Below the pieces are notes generated by a model. That model was not told the DNA's origin. It did not search any database and saw only the letters and a list, made by a program, of their open reading frames with translations. From contig OX597819.1 in the NCBI GenBank assembly GCA_951406725.2, positions 39,246,001-39,310,000 on the forward strand: a stretch of DNA of 64,000 bases. Reading direction: 5' to 3'. Source of the DNA: Octopus vulgaris (lineage: Eukaryota). The position numbers and the translations under genes were made by a program. Below are positions 11,335 to 25,400 of this stretch, one piece after another (position 1 is the stretch's first letter; each line of letters starts with the position of its first letter).

Positions 11335-14222
11335 TCATACCTGCAATCTCACCCGTGGCCCCCACTTCCCACTCTCTCTCTTGCCAGGGACTAACCTAAC
11401 CAGATTGCAACCCACCCATTTACTTAATCTAACATTGGCATATTTACATTCATATTTATGTTTTAAATTTATATCTGCAGCACCAGTAAAGCTTATGTTT
11501 ACAATGCTCATAACGCTTATACTTACAATGCCTATAACACTTTCATTTACAATGTTTCCTACTCTTACCCCCAATAGGGACAACAATTTTTTAACAATTT
11601 TAACATGTTTAAATTGTGATAAGTTAAAAACGAGAACAGCCTGTGTGACATGTCTACCAAATGATCGCGGAAACCTTCTTTTCAGGTACTGAATAATATC
11701 TCTCCTTCCCATGTTTCCTCCCACATCCCTTTCCCAGCTTTTAGAGTTGGCACTGTCAATGTAGGTCAAGTGAGATTGTAGAGATGCTTGAAAGGAGATG
11801 TGTTGATGTATGCTGCATACAAGAGGTAAGGTGGAGAGGAGCTTCAGCTAGGGTCCTCACAGGCAAGACACATAGGTATAAAATCTTCTGGGAAGGTAAC
11901 AGTAACAGAGTAGGTGAAGTGGGCATACTCCTAGCAGAGAAATGAGTGGATAGGGTCATAGAGGTAGTAGGGTGTGCGATAGAGTACTTAAGCTCAGGCT
12001 AGTCTTGCAGAATAGTATAGATACAATAATCTCTGCCTACACTCTACAAGTGGGCCTACCAAATGAACAGAAGAACCACTTTTATGATATTCTTCTGCCA
12101 GCTACCTCAAAGATGAGCGACAATGATCTCATCTTTGTGGCTGGAGACTTTAATGGACATGTTGAACGGCAACCTGGTGTCTTCCATGGTGTTCATGAAA
12201 TTGGTTCTCAAAACGAAGTTCTGTGATGCAAGTAACCTATTGATCTGCAACACCAACTTCAGACAGTGGGATGCATGGTTGCTCTTAAATACAAAGACCC
12301 TCCCTGGTGAAGAATGTAACCCCAGCATAGACTAGTTATTAATGACTTTAGACTCAAGGCCAGAAAGATGCCAAGAAGCAGACTAATCTGGAAAAGAAGG
12401 ATTTGGAAGGTTAAGAACTTTTCACATGGTAAGAGATTTAGGGACATCCTCTTGAGAAATTTGATGAGAGGGAAGAAAAGCTACATACTTGACATAGGGG
12501 GCAACTGAGAATCCCTGCATGACAGCTTGCTGTGTGCCATGGACCAAATCTGTGCCTGGTGCAAAGTTCCTTCCAGACCTAGGGTAATGTGGAGGTGGAA
12601 TAATATGGTAGACAGGGCCATTACAGCAAAGAAGCAGGCCTGGAAAGTCTGGAAGAATGTGGGTAGCAAGGAACTGTATCAGATAGCCAGAAAGGAAGTT
12701 AGGTGACAGGTATATATAGCCAAGGTAGAAGCAGAAAAGAAGAAGCTTGCCAATGTTCAGCGATGTGAGGACCAAAGAACTGAAGTATTTTGGATTGCAA
12801 GACAGTGTGTGAAAGAACATTTTGATGTCATACGAGAGAAATGTGTCTGCATGGATGATGGTACACTTGTGTTTAATGATTCTGCAAAGAAAGATGCTTG
12901 GGGATACCATTATGAAAGTCTGCTGAATGTGAAGAATGAATGGGAGGAGGAGAGCCTGTAAATGTTGACCCAGTTGAGGGACCAGCTACTTGCAGTGGCA
13001 GTACCCTGGCAGATTAAGCAATTATGGATATGAAGACAGGAATTACTGCAGAGATGCTTAAAATATCTGGTGGTGTGGGTTATGGCCTAGTTACCCATAC
13101 TGTAAATCAGGTAATTCACGAAGGAGTCATACCCAGTGACTGGTGTAGCAGTACTATAGTCAACTGCTATGAAGGTAAAGGTGATGCATTAGATAGAAAT
13201 AACTACAAGTGTATCAAATTGCTGGATCAGGTAATGAAAGTCACGAAGAGGGTCATAGCCCTACTAATTAGGGAGAGAGTTAGCCTAGATGATATGCAGT
13301 TTGCTTTTGTGCAAGGTAGAAGCACTACTGATGCTATATTTCTGGTAAGGCAACTGCAGGAGAAATACCTAGCCAAAAGCCTTTGACAGAGTCCCCCGAA
13401 CCCTTATCTGGTGGTCAATGTGGGAACTAGGTATAGATGAGTAGTTGGTAAGAGCTGTACAAGCCTTGTACAGAGATGCAATCAGTAAGGTACGGGTTGG
13501 CAACAAGTATAGTGAGGAATTCTGGGTAGAAGTAGGGGTTCACAAAGGATCAGTCCTCAGTCCCCTCTTATTCATCATAGTCCTCAAGGCAATAACAGGG
13601 GAATTCAAGAAAGGCTGCGCCTGGGAGTTCCTCTGTGCTGATGACCTTGCCCTAATAGCTGAACTAAAGATGAAGTTTTTGGTGTGGAAGCAAGGTCTAG
13701 AATTGAAAGGCCTTAGAGCCAATCTAACAAAAACCAAAGTACTAGTAAGTAAGAAAGCAGTCAAATCACAAACCATATCAAGTAGATGGCCCTGCTCAAT
13801 CTGTAGAAAAGGCATAGGTAGAAACTCCATAGGATGGACCCAGTGTAAGCTATCGACACATAAGAAGTGCAGCAATATCAAAGGGAGGTTAACTGAGAAG
13901 ATAGTTTTTGTGTGTGGCAGATGCACAGGGGCAATAAACACCAAAAGCATACAGAGAACAGATTTCATCACATGTCAAGGGGAGAAACTAGAAGTAGTTG
14001 ATAGCTTCGGCTACCTAGGTGACCAAGTCTGTAGTGGAGGTGGATGCTCAGAGAGCATAGCCGCTAGAATAAGAATAGCCTGGGTAAAGTTTAGAAAGCT
14101 CCTACCTCTGCTGGTAACAAAGAGCCTCTTGCTCAGAGTGAAAGTTAGACTGTATGATGCATGTGTGCAAACATCCATGCTACACAGCAGTGAAACATGG
14201 GCCATGAATGATGATGATGATG
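11335..14222 (+). mobile_element. RTE-clade LINE, degenerate (APE endonuclease, RT, PHD-like Cys motif)
   Basis: LRVGTVNVG near 11740, AGDFNGHV, QFAFVQGRSTTDAIF, HKGSVLSPLLF, LCADDL, LHSSETWAM, then (GAT)n. Many stops and frameshifts. 5' boundary approximate. Confidence 0.93.
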
Positions 14223-14778
14223 GTACATGAATTTAGTCTTAGAAGTGTTGGAATGGGTAAAGTAGGCATATTGTTGACAGAGGAATGGATTAAGTAACAG
14301 CAGCCAGTTACTTCTGTGTATGAATTGCAGTCAGAAGTGAAAAATGGACCATTTCTATGAGGTCCTTTTGCAAACCACCTAATAAATGACAGTAACCTCA
14401 TTATTATGGCTTTAATGAACATGTTGGACAACATGATGGCTACAAAGGTACACATGATGACTATGGATAGAGTACAGGAAAAAAAAGGGGGTGAAGGCTC
14501 TAGGAGTTTTTGTGATGCAAGTGACCTAACCTTCTGCAAACCAACCAGTGTACCCTATCACCTAACAATCAAGTGAAAAAGCAAACCAGAAACACTCCAT
14601 ACTTACAAGAAAACAAGATAGGTAACTGGCTCTGAATATTAATCCTTCTTTGGTAAAAAATATACTGCTCAACACAGACTGGTGGTTAGCAATCTCAGTA
14701 TAAGAGTGAGGTAAACTCAGGGATAAATGATAATCAGGGGAAGTTAAGAAATAAAAGTTGAAAGATAGCTTCAATTAA

Positions 14779-15084
14779 AAGTGTCTTCTACTATAGCCTC
14801 GGGCCGACCAAAGCCTTGTGAGTGGATTTGGTAGACGGAAACTGGAAGAAGCCTGTCGTATATATGTATATGTTTGTGTGTCAGTGTTTGTCCCCCCCAC
14901 CATTGCTTGACAACCGATGGTAGTGTGTTTACGTCCCCATAACTTAGCGGTTCAGCAAAAGAGACTGATAGAATAAGTACTAGGCTTACAAAGAATAAGT
15001 CCTGGGGTCGATTTGCTCGACTAAAAGGCGGTGCTCCAGCATGGCTGCAGTCAAATGACTGAAACAAGTAAAAGAGTAAAGAGT
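14779..15084 (+). mobile_element. SINE family A, 5'-truncated
   Basis: Body GTGTCTTCTACTATAGCCTCGGGCCGACC... and tail GAAACAAGTAAAAGAGTAAAGAG. Confidence 0.9.
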
Positions 15085-15444
15085 ATACTATTATTTATAG
15101 CTTAATCCTGGTGGGTTCTTCTTTTTCTTTTTACACAGCCAGAACAAATACTGTAAGACACTAATGATGCTAATGACTAGCATAGTAAATCATAAACCAA
15201 CAATTACTGCTTGCTTTCATCAAATGTGTTTCAGAGTTTTCAAAAACAAAGACTCTGGATCATATCAATTCCTCCGGCTCCAATATCACATTTTCTCACT
15301 TTTACTTTTCACAATAAATGAACTAGAACTTCCCTCTTGTTTCATTTTCGCCAATGCAAACTACTTGCAGTTTCTTCGAATCCCAGATTCGTTTTTCAAC
15401 CCACAGCTCTGATGTATATAAAAATGTGTCACAAAGCAAGTATA

Positions 15445-15536
15445 TGTTGACTGTAGCCAACTGGTAATAATGTCTAAAATTAATGAATGTGTTGACTGTA
15501 GCCAACTGGTAATAATGTCTAAAATTAATGAATGTA
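15445..15536. repeat. 45-bp tandem duplication
   Basis: TGTTGACTGTAGCCAACTGGTAATAATGTCTAAAATTAATGAATG occurs twice. Confidence 0.9.
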
Positions 15537-16036
15537 TTGAATGATTGGATACAGACTTGCTGGGTCTGGGGAAGAGACCCACATATCACTTAATTTTCTT
15601 TATAATAGACAAAATAGTTTTAAATAATAATTTTTAAATGGTGCCCTATCTGAAAATCGAGATGATTTTTTTTTTCTTTCTTTAATTATATTAAGTGACA
15701 ATTTCGAAATATTTTGTTAAAACTGTGCATTGCTTTCCTGAAATTAAATTGCCATATTTAATTGTGTATGTGTGTGTGTGTGTACACACTTGCTGGGTCT
15801 GGGGAAGAGACCTTCACAGGTTCTCCTAAACCAGTGAAATTGTTGTCATCAATGTTTCTCAGCTGCAGAGAGAATATAGAGAACATCAGTGGTTCAATGC
15901 TTTGATTAGGAAGGACTAGTCGTAGTGATCTGGTGGCGGGAACACAAGCGCGATGAGAGGAGAGATCAGTGAGTCGGGAATGCTTGAGTTGGGTCAGCAT
16001 GTTAGCCAGTTCCAGGAAACAGAAATCATTTAAAAA

Positions 16037-16194
16037 CAGTGGTTCCCAACCTGCGGTCCGCAAAAGTAGTGCTTGGGGTAAGTGAACTAAATTCAAAATT
16101 TCATAACGATAAGCATATTAAAAGGGGTCCGTGGGAAAACTCATTTAAATAAAAAAAAAAAGATCCTTGGCAGTGAAAAATTTGAGAACCACTG
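16037..16194. mobile_element. hAT-like MITE
   Basis: TIRs CAGTGGTTCCCAA / TTGAGAACCACTG. No clear TSD. Confidence 0.7.
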
Positions 16195-17199
16195 CATTAA
16201 GATAATGAGAGAACACAGCGCGTCTGTGAACCAGAAGCTGGCGCGTGTCTGCTAATAGAAACAGTAAACTATTTTCTACTAAACTGTACAAAGTGTAGGG
16301 AAAAGTTTCAAGACAATGATGAAAAAATGCAAAAAAATATAACAATAAGAATCATTTCTATTATTACATGGAAACTGATGTGTATTTGTAATTTGTTTAT
16401 CCAGCATAAATATTGTTAATAATTGCTGTTAGAAGCCCAGTTCTGCTTGGACAGACTTAGAACATGAAGCTAAGTAGACAAAAGTAAACATTAAGATAAG
16501 TTGTCCAAACATTGAGGGATTCAGTCAGTTAAGGGATACTTAACTTTAACATTGAGCGAACCACATAAATATGTAAAAGAAAAAAAAAATAATTCTCGAA
16601 CTTGATAGCTAAATTCTTTTACATGCTTAAAAATGCGGAGTGTTATTCGATAGCATGAAGCAAAAAATACTTGGGGTACTACTTTTAGCCTGTGCTGGAT
16701 GGACACGAAATACCACCAATAGTTACTCATCTCAACTCACGCTTTTCCAGAGAAACATTTGAATAGTTTTAGGTTATTAGCGGGACATATTTGTAACTTA
16801 CAGAAAAATCAACAGCTGTTTAGAATAAATATTAGGAGAAAATAAGCAAAACAAGATTTGATAAAAATTAGTTCCCTCGTGGGAAACGACAAATTTAGAA
16901 TTAAAGAAAAAAAAGAGAAAAAAACAACTAGTAGGGAACGATTTACACAGCACCATCATCAGTTGGTCTGGTTGCCTTGGAAGTAAACAGTCATGTAGAT
17001 CAACAAGGTATGATGAAACCACACAAAAAAACAACTTGTAACAATTTACCAATATTTTCATATATTCTGTGGTGTCGTAGAACGTTAAATCTCGTCTAAT
17101 CTAATCCCCACCGCAGTCCCACCACAAATGATTTCATTTATTTTGCGCGCGTTCATTTATAAATACGCACGAATACAACGACGAATCGTTTACGATGTC

Positions 17200-17415
17200 G
17201 CTCAGTTGTCTACAACTAGCAGTCATATTCCAACTCAAATCACACACTACCGCCTTAAAAAAAAAAAAAAAAAACTAAAACGATGAGATAATGTAGCCAA
17301 GGATAAACAAAAAGAAATTACACTGTGCATAATGTAGTTGCGATGTGATCACGGCTGAAACGCCCTTGGTCATAGATAGAGCTGATCACTGAGGGCTGAC
17401 CTAGGGCCAAACAAC
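17200..17415. repeat. Old dispersed repeat family
   Basis: Ends GCTGACCTAGGGCCAAACAAC. Diverged relatives near 17850-17995, 42550-42690, 43290-43400, 52430-52570 and inverted at 57975-58160. Confidence 0.5.
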
Positions 17416-18016
17416 TTTTGAAGCGTGAGTGAGAGACTGAGAAAATAAACCAACCGTAACAACAATGTACGTTCAGTTGTTCGGGGAAAATAGAATGTCT
17501 ACGTTGCGATCGTTTTCGCAGATCTATAAACTTTGTTAGTGGTAGTGCTTCATCACAGCTTATTACTGTAGAATTCCATTAATTTTCATTATGTCTTATA
17601 TGATCTATTCACAATGTATTTGAACTTTCGGCTATAATCCTAAATGCACCAAGAGACATTTAACGCACTCGATCGGTTAAAATATTCACTAAATTAACAA
17701 CTGTTGAAATAGTAATTCATATCGGCAATACGTAAATTTCTAATTCAATATTCAGCAGTCAAAACCTTAAGTATTTTAGTGAGACAGCTTTTATTATTAT
17801 TACTGACACAGGCTTGCCTACCCAGTAGGAAGAGGGAGGGCTCTATGTGGTCGTTAAACCTACTACAACATGCAAATCATACAGCGTAGGAAACACTGAA
17901 TAAAGTAGTCCTAGGGACAACAAAAAGTAGGGATGGACACAATTGGACTGTCTTTGGTTGTGGATACATTTGCTTAATCAGAGCTAAACAAGAAACCACA
18001 TGTCACTTAAAGCTTT

Positions 18017-18237
18017 GATAGACAGACAGACAGATAGATAGATCGATAGATAGATAGGTAGGTAGATGAATGGATGGATAGATAAATAGATAGATGGATA
18101 GTTAGATGGATAGTTAGATAGATAGATGGGTAGTTAGATAGATAGATGTATAGTTAGATAGATAGATGGATAGTTATCTAGATAGATAGATAGTTAGCTA
18201 GATAGATGGATAGTTAGATAGATGGATAGATAGGTAT
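18017..18237. repeat. (TAGA)n compound microsatellite
   Basis: Direct reading. Confidence 0.95.
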
Positions 18238-18664
18238 ATTGGGGAGAGACGGAGTTCTCGAAATAAGACTTTCCAAGAGAAGATCCATGGTACCGCGAGA
18301 CAAACTAACGCCAGTTAATGCAGATGTTTAGATATAGTTGATACACGTTAGTTTATGTGTGTGCGTGTGAATGTATGAAACTGACGCTATTAACAATGAA
18401 ATCTCGTACAAAGGGTGGGAACTGTTACGAGAAAGCATATTCGAACCAAAGCACAAATTGTCAGAAACGGTGCACGTTCTCACAGAACGAATAAAAATAA
18501 ACCCCTCTTTATTTTTTTTAAAAAAAGATAACTATCTGAACTGATTTAAATATGTATAAAGTTTATTAGATATCGTATCAAATAAGGATTGCCTAAACAT
18601 ATGTAAATAAGTATGGGCAATTAAGCTTTAATCAAGATAACGTAAAACAGATAAACATACTTAC

Positions 18665-18830
18665 GGTGAGCAACAAACACCAGTCAGACGAGAAAATGAC
18701 AACATACAAAGCAAACGGCCTTTTATCACCCAGGCTATATATATAGCGAGAAGAGCATGCTGACGTTTTCTTTGCCGATTGGTCAATTTTTCTACTTACA
18801 AACGGAAGTTTATTGTTTATACATTGGTTA
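18665..18830 (-). promoter_or_regulatory. Candidate core promoter and short first exon of the zinc-finger gene
   Basis: Minus strand: CCAAT at 18827-18823 and 18782-18778, ETS-type CGGAAGT at 18803-18809, TGACG half-CRE, TATATATATA at 18736-18745. Exon ends at 18665 with donor GTAAGT (18664-18659). Confidence 0.55.
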
Positions 18831-20479
18831 TTAGTTTCGTATAAATATTTTTATGAAAATATATTACACAAATATATTTAATATTTAGTGTGATAGAAAA
18901 ATTCCCTGAAACATATTCTACAGACAAACTGCTTAATAGTTTCTTACAATTGATTTTTTTTTAATGAAAATCCACTTCAACTATAAATTGCTTTATTGAG
19001 CTGCGCAAAAATATTTATATGAAAATTTATGCGCGCGCAGGCATGATGGTTTGGTGAAGAATTTCACTTAGCAACCACATGGTTTTACGTTCGATCTCAA
19101 TTTACACGGCACATGAAGCACGTGTTTTCTTTATAGCGTTGGATTAAATAAATATAAAGAAATCACAAATTCCATCAAGAAATTGGTTATTGGATTCGAA
19201 AATATATTTTGGAAAAAGTATTCTAGTTCCTTGTTGTTGTTGTTTAGTTTCAGGTTACCGCTGAACGAGCTACCCTGTTCATCGTATTTTGTGTACTGCA
19301 AACTACATCGATTAACCTATCATTTTGGATTTTATTTTACCGAGTTGTTTTTGGTGAGTGGGAGGGGGCTGCTTTTTCTAGTGAATCGAACGATTACGTA
19401 GAGACGCCTCCCTTTACTTTAATAATGGCAGATAACGCTATTAAAAAAATTTTTTTTTTTTACTTTTCTGCGTTAACATACCGCTGAGATTGGTGTATGC
19501 TCCGACTCTTTATGTTCTTAATTCAATTCTCACCAAGGTCTGCTTTAACTTTCATTCCTCCAGGGTCGATACAATGTAAAACTAGTCAAGTATTGAGTTG
19601 ATATAATCAACTAAATTATCCTTAGAAATTTGGGGGTAACTCTCGTTCATTGAAGGTAGACTTTTTTCTAGAAAAGAAAGTTCTTCTATAATAATAAACT
19701 CAAAATCTGTCCATCTAGGACCCCTGTATCTCAGTCTACATAGACATATTATACCTTTTTGGAATCAAAATGATCCCAGGATTGAAAATTTGCCATTCAT
19801 TTCGTTCTCCAACATCCAGCGTTGGAATCTGATTTAAAAGCATTTGGGTTGCTATTTCTAGTAGGTAAAGATTAGATGGTTCACGCCATCTTTTATGGCG
19901 TTTGTCAGATGACACCAGAGATCAAGAGAGAGATAAATCACACTGACTTCGTTAATTTTATGTCGAGATAAGAAATTTAGGACAAATTGGCCAACAGTTG
20001 GAATTCAAATTGGGACTGGAACAATTGAATGATTGCATTAAAGAATTCTCACCCGTCCTTAACCTCTCATCAGACACCACCGGGGCATATAGTCATCATA
20101 AACGTATTATAGTCATACTGTTTTGCTCGCTTTTAGTTTTGGGCCGCAGGTCCAATTAGCCCTAGGAAGGAGGTAGCTTCAAAGTCCGCACGGAATGCGG
20201 CTTTTAAGCTAGTTATATAAGAAATTTAAGTTGGCGTCATCGACTATCAGAGTTACGTGGATCTAGATGTATTTAAAACATTATATACCCGCGCGCGCGC
20301 GCACACACACACACAAACACAGGAGGAAGCATATAAATGCAAAATAAGATAGAGAAAAACAGTACTCGAATACTGAAGGTAGAGTAGCATGCTTTTGTTA
20401 AAGCCGAAAAATACTTCACAAACTGTTACTCATAGTTTCATATTACTATTCATTGAACAGTTGTGATCATACGAACATA

Positions 20480-20526
<47 letters not shown>

Positions 20527-20984
20527 TTTAAATGAGGGTGAGATTTCCGGTAATTTAGTGCGCCAAAACGAAGACTTTTGAATAGTAACCACGTGTGTAA
20601 TAGGTAGAACTATATACAGATCCGACTTTGTTCGGACGTCCTAGTATATAGTTCTACAAATTATTTTTTTTTTGACGGTCACACCGAGGATCTACGGACA
20701 TTTACGTAAGTAAAATTACGTAATACGTTAATAGTGAAACATGTATGTGATAAATCCATATTTTTATTGCTTTTCTTTTGTCTTGCTCGATTACGTTTCT
20801 GGTGTTTGCTAAATTCTTCATGCATAAGGGTTGTCCACATAGTGGCCATTCCTCTCATATATATATATATATAAACAGGAAGTTGAAAAACTTTTTGGGT
20901 ATTAATTATTCATGATTACGTATTTCATTTGCTAATAGGAATTACAAAGTTGTAAAAGTTAGATAAGCATGTTTCCTGTTAGAA

Positions 20985-20985
<1 letters not shown>

Positions 20986-21053
<68 letters not shown>

Positions 21054-22460
21054 CTGCATGTTTGTTACAGACACTTGCCGAGACACACCCAGCGTCTTGG
21101 GGCGAGTTATATAAGTTTTACAGTATGACTGAAAGCTTGGGGAGGGGAGGTGGTGAAATATATCTTCATGTAATACAACACACATTTTAATGGATAGGGT
21201 TTTTGCTAAGGATTTGGGCAGTACTTGTCAGCACAATCTTTTGGATTTCTCTGAGACATAGTTTTCCTGACATCTTATCTAGATGTTTCTGACATCCATT
21301 TTTTATTATACCTTGCGCACCCACAATAACAGGAACAGTTCTCGTTTTAAGATGCCATATCTTTTGTATTTCAATTTCCAGGTCCTTATATTTAGTTTGT
21401 CGAATTCTTTTACAGATATACTTTTTCTAGTGGGAACACTTGTATTTATTAGTGTACAAGTCTTTTCTTCCCTGTCTTTTATAATTGAATCGTTCTGTCA
21501 GTGTTGGCTGAAAAATCTCAGAGGATAGTGAAATTTTTGCCTTCAACAACTGGTTCAGGATGATGTTCATACCAGTAAGCAGGAGTGCCGATTTTGTAAT
21601 GTTTACATATTTTCCAATGTAAATACTGTCCTACTTTATCGTGGTGATTTTTATATTCGTTTGGTGTCAGCACAGGACATCCCGTGACGAGATGATCTAT
21701 TGTTCCGTCAAATGTTTCGCAGAATCTGCATTTAGGGTCAGAACCGTTTTGAAGAACGTTAGCCTGGTAGTTTTTTGCGAGCAAGCTTTGGTCTTGTGCC
21801 GCCAATATAAAATCTTCAGTCTCTGCTTTCAGTCCTGAACTTCTCAGCCACTGATGGGTTGTTGATTGATCTACATCAGCATTTCAACTTTGAAATATAT
21901 ACTGTCTATGCAGAGGCTTCTGACTCCGTTGCTCCTCAATTTGTTCCTGCCCGTTCTTTTTTGCAGTCTGCTTGATCCATTTTGCTTGTTTTCTGGCAGT
22001 GGTTTCAGGTTCTTCAGCTATTTCAGGTTTAATGTCAAGTTCGCTTGCGAATTTGCAAGCTTCCATGACAATCGAATGTGACATTTTGCTGCTTTTGTGT
22101 TTGCACACAAATCGCAGCGTCCGGTCCTCTGTACTAGATAAGTACCTGTTCATTGCTAACGTTGGGGTCTTATAGGACAGTTCTACCTGCATCATTCCTC
22201 TTCCCCTGTTACTTCTAGGTAGGTACAGACAACCAACATCTGCTTTTGGGTGGTGCATGTTCTTAGAAGTTAGTATTTTTCTTGTCTTCCTGTCCAGGCC
22301 TTGGAGCTCTGTAAGATTGTAGTTAAACTTTGTTAAAACTATATTGGACTACGGGGAGTACCAGGGTATTAATGGCTTCGATGAGATTTTAGAGTTGAGG
22401 TCAGTTTTTAGTATGAGTCTTATTCTCCTGTAATATTCTTTTCTTATTTTTCCTTCATAG
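20986..22460 (-). mobile_element. Dong/R4-clade LINE, 5'-truncated
   Basis: HHPKADVGCLYLPRSNRGRG, AAQDQSL, CCHC motif CRFC...DHLVTGC, HHDKVGQYLHW. Ends in a (TAA)n run at 20986-21050. Confidence 0.88.
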
Positions 22461-25400
22461 GCTCAATCTCTTTCGGTGCTGGTACATCGAACATGTCGTA
22501 AAACACATCCATTGGAATTTCCTTCCTTTTTTCTGTATGACTGATCTTTAATTGATTTAAATGTCGTTTATGCTCCCATCGTTGGTCTTTTATTAAATAT
22601 ATCGCGTTTCCAATTCTTTTAGTCACTACAACATCCTGTCAACTCTCTTTACCGTTCTTGTATATTTTGAAATGGACTTTGTCTCCGACATCAAAATGTT
22701 TAGTTGAATTTTTTTGTATTTTCTCTATACGTTTTTTCCTTTGGCAACAAGTTGTCGAAGATCGATTTAATCTTTCGCGTGAATATTAGCTTTGCAGGCG
22801 ACTTGCCTGAACTGGTTTTGGGATTGGGCGTTTTTCTGTACACACTTAAGAATTTAGTTAGCGCTTCATCATTTCCTAACTCGTTTCTTGCTTTTTTAAG
22901 CGCTCGCTTGAAAGTATCTACGAATCGTTCTGCTTGCCCATTTGACCTCGGGCGGCAGGTCGAGGTAAACATGTGCTTGACTGCAAGCATTTTGCAGAAT
23001 TTCTTGAATTCATATCCTCTTCTATTTTCCGATACTATGGTGTCCGGAACACCGTTTCGAGTAAAAAGTTCGTGAAGGAACTTTATTGTTGCCTTCGATG
23101 TAAGTTGACTGCACTCACATACTTTCGGCCACTTGGTAAAGCTATCAACAATGATCAAGTAGTACGCGCCTTTTCCTGGTCCAGGGTAGTTTATATGTAC
23201 CCTGGACCACGGACTATCCATCTCAGGCTACAATTGGTATTTCACCGGTGGTGCCTTGGTTTCTAGCGCACACCTTCTACAAGATTTTACCAAGTTTTCA
23301 ATGCCCCGGTCCATTGTCAGACAATACACGTAACTCCTCATCAAAGATTTCATTCTTGACATTCTCGAGTGTTCAGTATGAAATTCGAGTAATATCCGTT
23401 TCTGTAGTGCAGTTAGTACTACCACTCTTTGTGCGTACATTAATACATCGTCACAGTGTGAAAAATTATTCGCATTCGTGTTTCTCTTCTGTTTATTTTT
23501 CAAGGCTGCTTTCATTTTTATGATGTATTTGTACTCCGCTGATTTACTTTTTATATCTTGTACAGTCACTGGCAACTCCTGAATGACATTACACATAACA
23601 TCTTTAATTTCCTTTTCTGATTGTAATGCGGCTATAACCGTATCTTCTAGCTGTTCCGTATTCTTCGGAATTAGTGTAGATAAACAATCCACATGGCCAA
23701 TATTCTTCGAAGGAATGTACTCCATCTTAAAATTTTACCCCAGCGTTGTAGATGAATGGGTAGACAATCCTTTCTTCGATCCGAAAATTAATTGTAACAG
23801 TTGGTGGTCCGTCTGAAGCCGAAAACGTCCACTGTGAAATTTCTTCACGGCATAAACTATTGCTAGAGCTTCTTTCTCTATCTGACTGTAGTTTTTCTCT
23901 GCTGCAATCAAAGCACGTGAGGCGTGGACCACTGCCTTCATATTACCGTCTTTATATCTGTGTTGCAAAACTGCTCCTACGCCGTATTCAGAAGCTATAG
24001 CAATCTCCACTGCAGGATACAAATGAGCCACCGACAAATCCAAAATTTAAATTTTTTTATATCCTAAAACGCCTTTTGACAGTTATTTGACCAATTCAGT
24101 TTGGCGTCTTTCTTTAGCAAATCATTAAGTGGAGCTCTCAGTTCATATGTTTGGTATGTAATTTTGATAATAGTTCACTAGGCCAAGAAAAGCTTGGGTA
24201 ATGTTAGTTGGGTGAGACATATTTTTAATTGCGTCTGCCATCGATGTGTCAGGTCGTCTTCCATTTTCATCTATAATTTGTCCTAAATATCTAATTTTAG
24301 GCAAAAAGAATTAACATTTCTCCTCACTAAGTGTGAAATCGTAATCTCTTTTATCTTTTGAAAAACACACTTCACATGTTTGATATGCTGATCACGTGAT
24401 TCACTTTTAATTAATACATTATCGAGGCATGGAATTGCTAACTGACAGTCCACCAACATCACATGCATAACCTGTTGAAAAATTGCGGTGCGACTTTCAG
24501 ACCAAATGATAATCTATTATATTTGTATAGTCCTCTGTGCGTATTCACTGTTAGAAGCTTCAAGCATTCCTCTCTACTTTAATTTGTAGATACGCATCAG
24601 ACAGATCCAGTTTCGAAAATATTTTGCCACCATTTAATTTTGCAAAAATATCCCCCGGAATAGGCAATGGATAGTGGCACATTTTTTGACAGTCATTCAA
24701 GCCAGTAGAAAAATCGGCACAGGCCCTGATTTTGTTATTTATTTTTTAATACTCACCGATGGTGCTGCCCACTTAGAATAATTTACTTTTTGAATAATTC
24801 TCATTTTCTTCAGTCTGTCTAACTCTTCTTCTACCTGCTTTATCGCAGCAAATGGATCTTTCTATAGGGTTTGTATATAGGTACATTTTCCTTCATTTGA
24901 AAACAGGCCTCAGTCTTAGAACAGAGACCTAATTTATCCGACAACTCTTCAGGAAATAACTTTTTTAAAATTTTTTCTTCAATTCCGCTGCTGAGTTATT
25001 TTTCACTGGTGGGACAGCCATTTATTTTTTTTACAGAACAGACTTATGAGGAAGTCCCATAACACAAACAACTCCAACCAAAACGTACAGAACAGATTGG
25101 TTGCGTTTTTTACCACGAAAATGTTTGCTCTCCAAGTTTTTCCCTGAAATGTGATATCACTCTACATTTCGCCCACGAAGTGTAGTTTTTCTCCTGTCAC
25201 GCCTCGTGCAATTTTCGATGTTCTTCTTAACGTAGATTTCTCAATTCTTTTCTACGTGTCGGTATCAATAACCGAGATATCGCTACCAGTATCTAGTTGT
25301 AATTTAATATTCACTTTGTCTACATTTACATGTACCAATTTCCTCTTTTGGTGTCGCTTCTACTTTCCGTTGAGAAAACTTTAGAATTTTTTAATATTCG

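Noticed and set aside
11335-11769. Overlapping 144-aa and 103-aa ORFs
   Set aside because: They lie in the RTE 5' region and have no recognisable host domain.
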